From Iphione sp. A-MEVVRFRX5 (lineage: Eukaryota), in NCBI GenBank assembly GCA_976226885.1, contig OZ320322.1:15128001-15192000 (forward strand): a DNA stretch of 64,000 nucleotides, in the 5' to 3' direction. The notes beneath the pieces were generated by a model. That model was not told the DNA's origin, did no database searches, and saw nothing but the letters and a program-made list of their open reading frames with translations. Shown piece after piece: positions 38,150 through 51,095 of this stretch. The position numbers were made by a program, and so were the translations under genes. The first letter of the stretch is position 1; every line of letters starts with the position of its first letter.

Positions 38150-39127
38150 AAGACAAGTGCTTCTAAGCTGTTTGATAAGGCAGGTGTACTTCCTTATGTG
38201 TGCTAGCAGTGTTTCCATACAGAACATAGCGAATTTACTCTTTTCTTTTATACATGATGTACTATACTCTCGTTAAAGATAGTGGTTTCGTCATGCCATC
38301 AATGTTGTAGCAAGTATTGTCAATTGCAGAATGCATTGCAGCACTGCCTCATTTCGATTGTTAAATATAGCTTACTGAGTCCATTATATATTGTTGTTGA
38401 TGCCAACGCATATTTTTAAAAATCAATGCTAAGTAGGTCACGCTATATGCCAGCTTGGGCAAGTAAAACATGTATCCGTCCATATCGTCTGGGTACGCAT
38501 ATTTGCTGACATGATGACTAATACTCGGTTTCTACCAAGAAACAACAGACGTCATTCATACACTCCTACTCTGAATTGACGCAGCACTCTTATAGACCAT
38601 TTCCATACCACGTTATCATCCTAAGCGTAAAATGTCTGTGAGTACGGCTTGCTGGTAGGAGCTGAGTTTATGCAGTTGGGGCAGGGGTAGCATTATATGC
38701 CAGATTGTTACCTTTCCACAATGATAACCCCGGTGGAGTGAAGGCACCTGTACATGTTTGTCAGCTGACTGAGCTGTGCATATTAACATGTGTTGACATC
38801 TCGGCACTTTGAGATTAGTGTGACATATTGGTTTCAAACTGCCATCTAGGTCAAGGGTAGTCAAGATAGATTGGGGGGGCATGCACATAGGGGTATGAGT
38901 CAAGTCCGTATCACGATAGTTACCACTATCATAGTCTTGAAGCTTGCATTTGCTGCTCCTATCAGTGAGCAAATGCATGAATATGTCATGGTGTGAACAA
39001 GGGTCTTTGTTCAAAGTTGTGTCAGTGAGGTCCACGGCAGTATCAAACTGAACCGTTACTGAATGGACATACCATTGTCACCCGACTCCTTCTACGGGCG
39101 TGGTGAACAGCATCCAGATAGATGCTC

Positions 39128-41735
39128 TCACACTCGTACCGTTTGAACTAGGCTGCTCTTCGGCAGCTTATCCAAATCCTTTAGTGGATCTGGCAGACTG
39201 TTCCAGATAATTGCACCTCTGTACTGGATGCTTCTCTTGAAAGTCTTTGTTTTAGGGCAGTCAGTTTTGATTCAGAGTGACTTACCAACTCGAGATTTGG
39301 TGCCTTTTGCCATTGGGAGCAGGCCTAGTCTTATCTGTCGGTGTATGGCAGATAAGGCACGTCGAGATGCCATGTCTTCCACTCTTGGTATGGACCCTAG
39401 ATCGCAGATTGTTTTGACTGTCATTCTTGGGTTGATCTGGATTCACAACCTAATACAACGGTTCAGGTGTACTTGCAGGTTCTAGATCAGTGCTTTTGAA
39501 CAGCCGAACAGCATGACAGCACCATACTCCAGATGGGGCTGGACGAGCTCCTTGAAAAGCTTCAATCTTGCGCTCCATGGCAGTAGCCTCTTTACTCTGG
39601 AGATTTTTAAGGCTGCTGCCCACATCTTTCTTTTGATGTCATTAACCGCCTTGCTGGCATTTAGTTTGGCATCAAGAGTATATCCGAGCAGCTTCACTTC
39701 TTTAGCTAGGACCAATTCTAAGCCATTGACCTTGAGGTCAAGGGGTGTCCTGGCTGCTCGTCCCAAGGGCATGTAGCAGCACTTTCCTTCCGACAGAAGT
39801 AAGCCTGCTGACTGACACCAGTTTGACACAGCGTCAACTGCCCTTTGGACGCTGCACAGGCGCAGTAGATCACGAGCACTTACTACGACCAACAGGTCAT
39901 CTGCGTACATGACGGCCCTAGCGTTATCTGGCAGGTTTGCTAGCAACTCATCAATGACCATGCAGAAGGCTATTGGGCTGAACACAGAGCCCTGTGGCAC
40001 TCAGTGCTCGGTTTGCCTTAAGGACGAGTCTTGACCCATACAGCTGATGAACTGAGTTCGATTGCTGAAATAGCTCTTGATCATTCTACAGACTCTCGCA
40101 CACCCTCCGGCTGCTTTCAAGCAACGTAGTACACTAGAGGAAGGCACTAGATCAAATGCCTTCCTCATGTCGAAAGTTAACAAGCAGCAGTACATACCTG
40201 CATTGTTGAGCTCATTGGAGGTGCCAAGGATTGACACTAGCGCAGTCTCCGTGCTTCGCCCACGACGGAATCCGTGTTGGTTCGGGCTGATGAACTGAGT
40301 CTTCTCAAGATGTTTCACTAACTCGGTCTCAAACCATTTTTCGAATAATTTCCCCAGTAGTGGCAACAACGACACAGGTCTGTAGTTGCCCAATGTGTTT
40401 CGATCACCATGTTTTTAAAGAGGGGTGATGCGAGCTGTTTTCCACTCTTCTGGATAATGTCCTGTGTCCATGATCCTGATGAAGATCCATTGTAGGAAAT
40501 CCAGGTTCAGCATCAGAAGCAGCTTGAGTATCTGTGTTGGAATGCCAGCCACTCCCGATGCCTTGCGGACATTCACCCCCTTTACCAATGGACGGAGGGA
40601 GGTTGGGGGTAGGACAATCAGATCGAACGTCCCCTGGTGGTGAGGAGAGGGATTGCAGGCCCTTGGGGGTTCTGTGTAGCTAGCGAGGCGACCCCATCGA
40701 CGAAGTAGTTGTTTAGCAACTCTGAGACAGACTCTGAAGAGTTGTTTACTGTCGCATCCTTGTCAGGCAGTATCATGGATGATTGTTTCCTGCCCATGAC
40801 ATCATTTAATACTGACCATACTCCGGAGCTGTTGCAGCCAGTTGCTTTTAATTTGGAGCTCCAGTAGCATTTTCGGTCTTGTTTGAGGGACTCGCGAACT
40901 TTTTTGTTCAAGAACTTGAAGATCCTGTATGAATCGGCACATCTGTGTGATCTCCACTTGTGGAAGAAATATTTTTTATCCGCAATTAATTCAAGAGTGC
41001 CCTCACTGGGTCGGGAGCCGTCATCTCATTTTCGAGATTTGACGGTACGTACTGGGCATATTTCGTCCAGTGCTGTCCGAGTGTAGTCAGCAAAGTGACG
41101 CCAGGATTCTTGAGGTTCATCAAGAGTGTTGACACCATGCTCCGCGACCTGTTGTTGTAATTTGTTTAGGTCAACAGGGCCCCATTTCCATATTTCCTTT
41201 GTTTGTGTAACCTGTTTGTGACAGCCTTTCTTAATTCAGTGATACCTACTCCACTGCGCTGCTTCCCCAAATAGTCAAAATTGAAGTCCCCTGCCAGGGT
41301 AACATCACAGCGTTTATGCCTCCTGACTTCTTGAAGCACATTGTCTAGTGCTCTGATTGAGTCTTTCATCCGATCATTGGGTGGTTGGTACACGGCAACT
41401 ATCAGGTGAGGTCTGCGTTTGCCAAATTTGAAGAGCAAGCCCAGAAACTCACATTCACTCCCATCAATTGGGAAGTGGATAACTTCCTTTATAGTTATGC
41501 CAGTTTGAGTGTACACTCCTAAGCCTCCACCCCTATGTTTCTTTTCACTCGTCCTATCCAGACGGGTCAGATGATAGCCATCTATATCTACCTCGCTGTC
41601 TGCATGTATATTATTCAACCATGTCTCGGTAACAATACAGACATGGGCATCTTCTCCCTGGAGATGCAGGGCAAGATCTGCCAACTTGCCCTTCAGACTT
41701 TGTATATTATACACAATCAGCTCGAAACCTCTCAT
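39128..41735 (-). pseudogene. LINE ORF2 (AP endonuclease + RT), fragmented
   Basis: YNIQSL, TETWL and GDFNF in APE; NYRPVSLLP, KAFD, PQGS and YADD in RT; C-terminus YRGAIIWNSLP, with stop at 39128 after reading through a premature TAG at 39482. Confidence 0.93.
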
Positions 41736-42600
41736 TGATTGTTATGGAAGTGTATTATGTCTAGCCATGTGCCCCTACAGCCGCGAGTCACCTGATTTTA
41801 GCTAGAAATAAGTATGTCTACTCAAGTCAATATCAGTAAAGTCAAAACGGTCCCTATCTCCTTAGCAATATTACCTTAAGTTGGGTATATTGATTGTCAC
41901 TGTCGCCAGGCTATGTACAGTCATGCTAGCACCACGTCAACACTGAGCCCCTTAGTGTTGTGTCGTATTTGGCCACTCACGTCGTACACTATCACATATG
42001 CCTTATTCTTGTGTCCTCTCTTCCATGCAATTTATATTCTACGACAGTCACTGCTATAGCTACTGGCTTTTATATGCACATTCGTACCATATTCCGATGC
42101 ATACATTACACTGCAAACTGTACTCATCCTGTACCGTCTTCATCAGTCAGTATCACTCATCATCAGGTTTTAATGTCAGCACTCGTTTACTAATCTTCCC
42201 ATAGAGATTATTAATACAATACACAGCAATAGAGATGAATCAACCGATTTTGGTCACAGAGTCATTGTTCCAGTTGTTGATACTAGTGTGATGCACTAAC
42301 CAGTCTTGTATCATATCTGCTTAGTGTTTTAGTGTGCAACTTTTGGGACCGATAAGCCGTGACAGGTAGGCAGAGACAGATAACTAGATAACAGATTCCT
42401 TCTCTATTGTGATAGATCTGATACATGAGGGGACAGTTAGTGCATTTTGGTGCAGATAACCCAAGTAAAGACCTTAAGTAAGTGAAGGGATAAGAAATTT
42501 TAATGCAATGAAACCACCAAGATTCAGTGTGAAATTAAAACCTAAGTTCAGTTGTTACCATACTAGCCTTGGCAAAATTAAGTACAACATGTAGTGTGAT

Positions 42601-42977
42601 CTGTATAGAAAGTAAGTGAAGGTTTGTTGAAACTAACTTATACACAGGTGTTGAAACATCTAGAATGTATCAAAGCCTTACAAATGCGGCCGTCATAAAA
42701 GAAGTAAGATCATGTACAACACGTGGTGTTAACTGTATATAATGTTAGTGAAGGTTTGTTAAAACTAACTTATACACCGGTGTTGAAACATCCAGAATGT
42801 ATCAAAGCCTTACAAACGCGGCCGTCATAAAAGAAGTAAGATCATGTACAACACATGGTGTTAACTGTATATAATGTAAGTGAAGGTTTGTTACAATTAA
42901 CTTATACACCGGTGTTGAAACATCAAGAACGTATCAAAGCCTTACATGCGCAGCCGTCAAAAGAAGTAAGATCATGA
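42601..42977. repeat. 132-bp tandem repeat, ~2.9 copies, in the LINE inter-ORF spacer
   Basis: Unit starts GT(A/T)AGTGAAGGTTTG at 42612, 42744 and 42876. Confidence 0.92.
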
Positions 42978-43367
42978 GTCATGAAATTTGAGTTTCACAG
43001 AGAGTGACTTCTTGAAGAAATGAGTCCTTAAACTCTAAATGGAGTTGATGCAGTATATGGCTGCCAGCCTTCATGAATTATTGGCACTTTTCATGCATGC
43101 CGTGTGAGTTGACAAGTTCTGATAGTCCAAGATCACAGGACTAGTGTCGGATATGGCACATGATACCTGAAGTACTGATTATGACAAATACCTAGAACGT
43201 TTTAAGACTGAAATTTAAGTAACTGGAGTGTCATAACTATAGTACCGATAATCAAGCTGTGCATCAATAATTACGTCAAATGTTCTATTTATGATGCGGC
43301 AAAGTCTCCCAGTCGGTCGTAACCATGTAGCGGCAATGCACTAATCATTTTACAAAAATTTACTCAT

Positions 43368-44010
43368 CTAATCTTGTTTGCCTGAGATAATGCTTGTTGC
43401 GAGGTCCTTCAGGAAGAGCGTTAGCACATGCGACCAGATTGCACTAACCACCGGAGTGACCCGCTCCTAGGTACTGACCTTTCACCGATATATGGTTGTT
43501 TATGTAGTCGTTAACGGGTAAGTCAACCCTTGGTAGCTCGATTCCATACATGCTGGCTCCCATCTTGCAGAAAATGTTGTGCGTGGAGATGAGATAATCA
43601 ACCAGTAGTTGTTCCTCTGGCCCTACGATGTCTGGTTCAAGGTGACAAAGCAGCATACCGGCCATCGGCAGACACAGCAGACCAGGTCCTGTCGCAACGG
43701 GACCGCTCGCCCATCTCCTCAGCTTCCCCACATAATAATGCAGGGTCTCCAGGTAGCGAAGTGGGCTTCGATGATGGGTAGCCCACTGTCCTGTTTCCCA
43801 TCTCATTATTTCCTGACATCCAAATGGGATGAGAACCATGTCAGAGTTGGTTACGTCGACGTAGAGGCGTTCACGCCATAGCTTTTTGTAGGAGCCCTTT
43901 GATACATGCAGCACGTGAAGAGTGATGTGGGGTAGTTCCTCCTTCACGATGTCCTCCACAGCTTGTACCATTCTGTCATCAATCACCAGTAGTATACGCA
44001 GACGATCACA
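43368..44010 (-). pseudogene. SGNH/GDSL esterase-like ORF of LINE copy 2
   Basis: RILLVIDD..SDMVLIPFGCQEIMRWETGQW aligns with copy 1 YDLIIVCIGLHDIIKKETGQW; frameshift near 43450. Confidence 0.55.
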
Positions 44011-44131
44011 GCTGCGAAAAGAATCAGTGACTTAGTGCAGAGTCAGTTCACAACAGGGGCAGGAATTGTGGCACATTTTAAAAACAAGCTACACAATCGA
44101 CAACTTTCAGGGAGGGCATAATGTGGACTAG

Positions 44132-45284
44132 CTAAGATTGATGTTTTGTTCTGATAGCACATAACACCTTCCCGATTAGGTTTCTACCCAGCATTTCAAC
44201 CGGTTTGGACCAGTCCGTTGACAGCGCTACTCCACAGCCCAACGTTTGGTCGGGGTCCACGTAGATTAAATCTTTCTTTTCTGTCTGTAGGAGAGCATCT
44301 ATATCGGCTATACCTGAAGAGAATTTTAGCTCATATAGTTTTGTCAACAGTACCTCGATATCCTGATCCCATCTTTCACAGTTCTCGATCGAATTCCCCA
44401 CTTTGTGTGCAGCATATCCGCTTTTCGTTTTTAAGATGTCCTTCACCTTCGCACCACTGTCGCAACTGTGCAATTTCAAGCACTGTAACACACTTTCCAA
44501 GTTGTCAAAGATTATCCCATCGTATACCATCGGCAGGTGCTCTGTTGGGGAAAGACCTCGTGTATCGTTGGAGAAAATATAACTTTGAACAGCATTTTAA
44601 GAGTTGGTTCCTTGTGTATTTGGAATCCATGTCCACCCCCAGCCTGATCCTGTCTGCAGCCCCTGATAGTGTTTGCACATTCGTCACTTTATCTTTCTTG
44701 ATCCCCGCTATGTCCCATATCATCTTGTGTACGAAAGATCTGGCGTTTTTCTCTTGATCCTTCATTGCTCCTTCTATGATGACCCGTTTCGACCTACCTT
44801 CTAACTCACAATGCGAGAGATCCTCATCCAGCCTTGCACATTTTACCTTTAGGGCAGCCAGTTCTTTGTACAAATTGCATTCTTGCAGCTTCGTAGTACT
44901 AGCCCTTAGCTCATCGACAATGCCTTTTAGGGACTCATTTTCCCATTTCATTGCAGCTAGCTCCTCTCGTAGGGCACTTGTTTCCTTGAAGAATGCTGAC
45001 CTCAGTCCCTTGACTTCTTGTAACAGCATTTGTTGGTCATCATTAGGAAATGAATCCTGGTCCTGTGTGATAATGGTGGGTTTGTCGGTTTGATTTGCGG
45101 CACTTAATTCTGTAATAGGATCAGGCGCGGTACCGTTGTTTACATCAGTGACACCCGTGTCACAGGCATTGACACTGACACCTTCACCCGTGTTGTTTAC
45201 TTCCTGGTTGTCATGGTTGGGCTTCATGCCCATTGGCTTGGGTTTGTTTCTATTGTTGCCCACCCCGCTTGAATCACGGCTCAA
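44132..45284 (-). pseudogene. LINE ORF1 with coiled coil and C-terminal NADAR domain; internal deletion/frameshift near 44580
   Basis: Coiled coil, ELEGRSKRVIIEG, then SYIFSNDTRGLSP..FDNLESVLQCLK..W..LKF..LLQT..DPDQTLGCG..GRNLIGKVLCAIR. Confidence 0.82.
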
Positions 45285-45549
45285 TGAGCGTGAGGATCCC
45301 CTTGGTCTCCCTCACGGACGTAGATTTATGACCTCTGGAGCCTCAGGATTTGATTAAGGTTGTAGAGACGATTTTTTGCCCATTGTGAACGCAGGTGATC
45401 ATGTATGTAGTTGGCACACGGTTATGCATGTCTCACTCGGCCACTATGTCCATATAAATTATACTTTAAAACTTCGAAGGTCCCTCTGGGATCCTACTCT
45501 CACAAATCCCAGATTATTCTGAACTTGGCAGAAAAGTGATCAGAACTCT

Positions 45550-46203
45550 GGCTCACCTTTCATTCTCATGGTTGCATAGAAATGAGGTATGTCATCCTTG
45601 TAGCCTAGTTACGTCTTGCAGGGCCACACAGTTACATGGGCAGCACAAGATTCCCACTCCAGCTGACGCTGGCATACCACAGGAAGTGTGCAACCTCCTC
45701 TGCTGGCCACTCCTTGTTGTCTGCTGGCCGCTCCTTGCTCCGTCTCTGGTTCATGACATGGCGCAGGTCATTCGGCTCCACGTCTCATGGCTGGCTGTCG
45801 TGGTTCTTTATTCCACCTGTCTCTGTAGAGGGTAACTGTGGCCAACAGGGTTCCTTGTTGCCTTTCGCGGAGATCCTTATCGCTAACTGGCCTACACAAG
45901 GTCGGCCCAGTCTTCTCCTCGCCTTCTCGATGGGTTCTGACAGGTCTAACAGCTGTTCACTGGTGGGAACACCCACTCGTGGATCTTACTGACCAACCCA
46001 TCGCACTGGATCATGATGGTCCTTTGTCACGAGCAGCAAGCATCTTTGCAGCCATCCCAGGACACCTAACATCACCCCACATCCCCTTTGGGATGGGTGT
46101 GAAGTGGCTGGTATCCCCGTTAGTGGTATGGCGCATAGGTGGTATGTTGGTTCACTGCTTCCATGACCTCACTAATAATGGGTTGGTGTGTCAGTGCCCA
46201 CAT
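45550..46203 (-). pseudogene. ORF0 of A2
   Basis: Starts MWALTHQPIISEV at ATG 46203; homologous to ORF0 of A. Confidence 0.55.
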
Positions 46204-46241
46204 CCATTTCCCACTATGCACTGAAGAACAGCTATTGGCTG

Positions 46242-46259
46242 ATCCTGGTCACAGCACCA
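46242..46259 (-). promoter_or_regulatory. Primer-binding site, tRNA-His (A2)
   Basis: TGGTGCTGTGACCAGGAT, one mismatch to the PBS of A. Confidence 0.85.
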
Positions 46260-46270
46260 AAAGAGATTGG

Positions 46271-46898
46271 TGTAGCACAAAGCCAACACCACAGCATCAG
46301 GTTTGATATCAGCCTTCTTCAGAAAATAGTACAATGAGTCAGCATCACAGCAGCATTAGGAAGGCGAGTCTGACGAGAATGCTGGTTCAGCTCTCTTAAA
46401 TACTCAATTCTACCAAAGTGACTACACAGTCATACCTCATTGACCGGACATGGTCATTAATTACATGTCAACTACACAATAGGTCTTTACGTCTTAGGTA
46501 TCATGACATCACTAGCTCCAAGCATCCAGTGCCATGTAAGAGATCACTGATAGCATCTTCATTGTTCACAAAGTGACTTGACATGAAACACAATGGCTTT
46601 ACACTGTTTTATAGGACTATATCCATTTAGTGTTGGTACAAAGAACACAAATACTTCTGATAAAAATTTTGTTTGTGCAGCTTACAGTACTTCGTATTAC
46701 CGCTTTACTTCAAGTACTTCTATCTTTACACTATAAATGAACCAATAAACCATATAGTGTAACATTCTCTCAATACTGCTTGCTTTGAAACGTTATCTGA
46801 ATATTGTGCTATAACATTATCTCACACTAATACTACTGCATGACATTATTATATTGTGTGGTGGTTACAATATTTGGTTCTAACATTACTGTGTTACA
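46271..46898 (-). repeat. 5' LTR of A2 (628 bp)
   Basis: Termini TGTAACACAGTAA and TTTGTGCTACA identical to those of the A LTR; U5 region homologous. Confidence 0.85.
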
Positions 46899-46986
46899 AC
46901 CTGCTTTTCCAAAACTCTTTTAATTTACTGACTTTCAACAAATAAATTGTCCTATGAGAAAATTAGAAATTTATAATAGAACTAAC

Positions 46987-47131
46987 CATCTTTTCCAGTG
47001 TAGTAGACATCAACAGCATCCTCTCCACCACATATTAGATTTGCATTTCCAGGGCACTGCTCAGTACAGGAATCAGACATTGGAGCTTGACCACGGTTGT
47101 GCTCTTCTCCACAGTAACACTGATTTCCTCC
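46987..47131 (-). CDS. Host gene exon: second half of WSC domain 2
   Basis: aaag|GGA acceptor, GATG|gttagt donor; GGNQCYCGEEH..CTEQCPGNANLICGGEDAVDVYYTG; phase 0 to 1. Confidence 0.9.
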
Positions 47132-47640
47132 CTTTATGCAATGACACAGAGTAACATTTAAACTTAATTTACCAATTGCTACAGTGTCAGTCACACAGTT
47201 TTAACAGACAAACTTTAACAACTTATAAACATAAATGAAACAAAAAAAATGGCTGATATCTCCCTCAATTCAGAACTCTGAGGATCAATGTATCGTCAAT
47301 GTCTTGATAGATTCTCTTCACACTTGTTAGACATATAGTTCATTTTATCATTAAAGGTGAATGATTTGCTTAATTGTTATAATCATGATGTAGTTTGTTT
47401 CCTTCATAAATATAAGCAGTTTACATCAATACAGATTTTGTTATTTACTTTCACATTCTCTAGTGAATCACTTTCCTCACAAAGTGCACATTCCAAAAGA
47501 CCCAAAGATGAGTATAGACACCTTCAGACTTGCTTAGTGATGTCCCATTGTGATAACGATGTTTAAAACAAGAATACCTTTATTTTGATTTGAAATAGCA
47601 TAGGATGATACACTTATATCTGATTATATTTACTACATAC

Positions 47641-47777
47641 CTTTATTCCAGCAAATCTATAGCCTCTATTTATACATGCTGTAGTGCATTTATCTGGTGT
47701 AGCATCTGTTCCTAATACTATGTGGTGCCCTCCAAGACTTACAAGAACAGAGGACTGGAAACATCCCATGTGTTGTT
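47641..47777 (-). CDS. Host gene exon: first half of WSC domain 2
   Basis: tttgtccag| acceptor, AAG|gtatgt donor; HMGCFQ..TPDKCTTACINRGYRFAGIK; phase 1 to 0. Confidence 0.9.
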
Positions 47778-48354
47778 CTGGACAAAGATTGATAATACTA
47801 CTGTAATAACTTGCTATCTAAAGGCCTCATTACTCAAGTATCCTTATCTTTGTATTGCAAGCATATTAACTGTGTACAGAAAAATCAATACTTCAACACC
47901 TCTTTATTACATAATCAGTTAAATCCAAGTGGCATTATAGCATGTAGAGGTTACTGCATACATGTTGGTCTGTAATTGACCCATAGATATCTACAAGCAT
48001 CCATAATAATGTGGACATGTTCTCAGAGATACATAGATGAGGATGGGCAACCCTCATAGTGCAGGGGGCTTTAAATTAGTTAGTTCAATTTTGGAATGTA
48101 CCTTGTCACATTGACATTCTTTGTAAATAATGAATCTTTTCTGTATGTAGTGTTATATCACAATCTGACTTATTCATAGACTTTGTGTTATGGATATTAT
48201 AGATTTATAGAATGATAACACCACTTTGTTTGTACTGGCCTAACAATTGTTTTTATTGAGACTTTTTTCAAAACTAATTTATCAAAGTTTGACAAAGTCC
48301 TGATTCAGTAAATCTAATGGACTTATTCATTTGATTATCATATTTTATACTCAC

Positions 48355-48508
48355 CTGTTCTGTTTCCCATGGTTAGAAAAATGTCATTTGTCATATAACT
48401 TGAACATCTCAGAGATGAATCACCGTTACATGCTTGTGGGTTGTCATGACAAGAATCGGAAGACCAATACTTTCCAAAGCGATTATCACAATAACAATCA
48501 TCTTTGTC
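48355..48508 (-). CDS. Host gene exon: second half of WSC domain 1
   Basis: cattttag| acceptor, CAG|gtgagt donor; DKDDCYCDNRFGKY..C..ACNGDSSLRC; phase 0 to 1. Confidence 0.88.
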
Positions 48509-50009
48509 CTAAAATGAGATAATATGACCCTGTACTGAACTATAAATCAACATAACATATACATTGTAAAAATATAATAGAGACATTATAGTGGTGGAAG
48601 TCAAGGGTTACCTCCCCAAGTAATCAAGTCATTAGATAGCATAGTGTGGCTGACTAGAGAAACTGTACTTTCTGTACTTAAGAATATGTGTCTGATGAAG
48701 GAAGGGAAAAGAACAATCAAAGAGATTGAGGAAGATTAGAAACATTGAGTAGGGCTGAGGGCCTGGGGTAGAGAGCATGAGAAGGTGTCTTGATAGTATG
48801 AGGGTTTGAGATTATGCTAAGGCCCAGTAAAATTCTGTGTTTCAGATAACTTGACCAACCCTTCTTTTAGTCAAAATGGAGCAATCTTTTGTTTATTTTG
48901 TTGTTGGTAAATATGTTTGCGATGATATATATAGACATATACAATACACCAGTGTGTTCCTTGCTAGGTTACTAGCTTTTATTATATCATACTAGCTTCA
49001 TCAAATTCTAAACAGTAGAAGTTATATTACCATATACATTTATTGCTTTGAGTATTAATTAACCTTGGAAAGAGACAAAAATGAAAAAAACACCAATCTA
49101 ATGTCCCTGTGTTTTGATATGTTACTTGAAACACAGATATTTGTCTTTTTGACTCAAGATGAAAAGTGAAATTGAAAAGGGGTTAACTGAGGGGAATAAA
49201 ATGCAGGATAAGCATATAGGTAAGAGTGTAAAGCCATTGGATAAGGGGACCTTAGGAACAAGCGATTGAGAGTAACATGGGGAGAGGACATGAAGGGAAA
49301 GGTGGCAAGTTGTGAAATATAGTGGAGGTCTGGTGAGAGAACGGGGCATCAGGTGCGACGGGGGATTACAAGGGAATTCTAAGGATGTGGAGCCAACCAG
49401 AGTGTTGCACACTAGTCACAAGTACTGTGAATCTTCTGGTTTAATACATCTTTGGTCACCTTTCTCACAATGGTACAATTAGAATGGCTAGCTATAGTCT
49501 CCAGGATTCCAAGGAATAGCCATGGTCCAATGAGGCACATGGGGTTCATGGGCAGGAACCAGGTATAGTGGGAAAGAGCAGAGCTGTTGTTGAGGAAGGT
49601 GCTGTTTTGGGCTACTAGGAGGTGTGAATGCTTAGAAGAGGGTGCAAAATACATTGATGGAGTAAATCAATAATTTCAAAATGAAGATTCCCTCAAGAGC
49701 TAATCAGGAGTGTGTCTTGTGCCAATTCCATATATAAGATGTTAAGAGATACAAACAAATCTTTAAAACATTAAAGTTTCCTTTATTTTGACATGTAAAA
49801 TGGATATACCTTTAATGTTCTTTCTGAGCCTGACATGATAAAACAGAGTTCTTGATATCACAAATTGATTTTTATTATTTTGTGGTGGATACACAGCAAG
49901 ATGTCTTTTATTCCCATGACAACTAATGAAAAACAGTATGCATCATTTCATGCATGTGCTTGCTCTGGTATTATGACAGAAGCTACTATAGTCATCCATC
50001 AAGACTCAC

Positions 50010-50143
50010 TTGTACTCCAGCATATTTCCTTGCCCAAATCTTGCATTTTGTCACACATAAAGCTGGTGTAAGCAAATTTTCATACCCAGTAGAAATAGTC
50101 AAATCTCTGGAATGTTTTTCCTTAAAACATCCAATTCTGACCA
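50010..50143 (-). CDS. Host gene exon: first half of WSC domain 1
   Basis: tattgcag| acceptor, CAA|gtgagt donor; RIGCFKEKHSRDL..LTPALCVTKCKIWARKYAGVQ; phase 1 to 0; upstream exon not located. Confidence 0.9.
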
Positions 50144-50538
50144 CTGCAATATAAAAATTCAGGGGCAATTAAAAGATATGAGAGTATAACATCAGCAAAG
50201 GGCTTGGCTTTTCCCAGAACAAAACATTAACAGCTGTTTCATCCAATCTTTTAAACCGATAATTTTGCCCTTACCCTTAGATTTTTAACCTGAAATGATA
50301 TATTTGCCATTGTTATACATCTTCATTCTGTTTCTGGCATAAACATTTCGTAAAATGAAAACTGAAAAGAATGCTTTCCATTTGACGGATTTCTGTTTGA
50401 TATTTTGATACAGAGATTATTTATATAGAGTGTGTGTGGTAAATGCAGGCCAACTGGACTTGAAATTCATAATACAGGTAGCTTTCAATAGGCAGAAATT
50501 GGAAGCATATTCTAGTATTCTCAAGAAAAATTAAATAC

Positions 50539-51065
50539 TGTGGAGGAGAAGGCAGGCTGCCCTGTGGGAGTGGGGACTGTACTCTGTGACCTGCTGGAAG
50601 CAGGGACCCAACCAGTATTGTTAGGGACCCAACCAGTTAGACAGGGAAACAAGCAGTGTTGGTAAGGGGCCTGTGGGGCCCAAGCAACTGGTAGGGGGAC
50701 CCAACCATTCCTGTATGGGGACCCAGATAATACATTTGATGCCTCCAGGTTTGATTGACAGATGGAACAGACAAGAGTTATGTTGTATCAACTTTATTCA
50801 ATTTTTTGATACATTGATCTGGTCACATGACATATGTATCTGCTATAAATATGGGCCCTGTGTGGCCAATAAACATGTCTGCACTTGAAGCTACCTTGTG
50901 GAACTTGTCTCTCTGGGGATGCTAAGGAACCATTAACTACTTGGAGCTACCATTAAGGGATTAAGCGGGATAACCAATCAGATTAACTGAAGGAATACTA
51001 AGCCAGGAATAGCAGCAATATAGTTGGATTATTCCAAGAAGAGTGACAACACACATTAAATTACA
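50539..51065 (+). repeat. 5' LTR of element C
   Basis: TGTGG...TTACA termini, TATAAA and AATAAA, four GGGACCC motifs; roughly low-90s percent identity to the 3' LTR by eye. Confidence 0.95.
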
Positions 51066-51066
51066 C

Positions 51067-51084
51067 TGGTGTCAGAAGTGTGAT
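51067..51084 (+). promoter_or_regulatory. Primer-binding site, tRNA-Leu
   Basis: TGGTGTCAGAAGTGTGAT, one mismatch to the canonical Leu PBS. Confidence 0.88.
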
Positions 51085-51095
51085 CCTCTGACAAG

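Larger units (their letters stand above)
38280..45470 (-). mobile_element. CR1-group LINE copy 2 with three ORFs (ORF1-NADAR, SGNH-like, APE-RT), inserted in A2
   Basis: Same layout as copy 1 but divergent in sequence; boundaries approximate, inferred from where A2 homology stops and resumes. Confidence 0.85.
37165..46898 (-). mobile_element. Element A2: older relative of element A, interrupted by LINE copy 2 and an RTE
   Basis: 5' LTR, His PBS, ORF0 and gag are all homologous to A; truncated within gag. Confidence 0.85.

Noticed and set aside
49122-49654. Purine-rich intronic segment resembling a LINE C-terminal relic
   Set aside because: No motif could be aligned convincingly
50673-50888. 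ORF open in both LTRs of element C (also 60621-61091)
   Set aside because: Short, no domain, starts in repeated motifs; the shared frame is explained by LTR duplication
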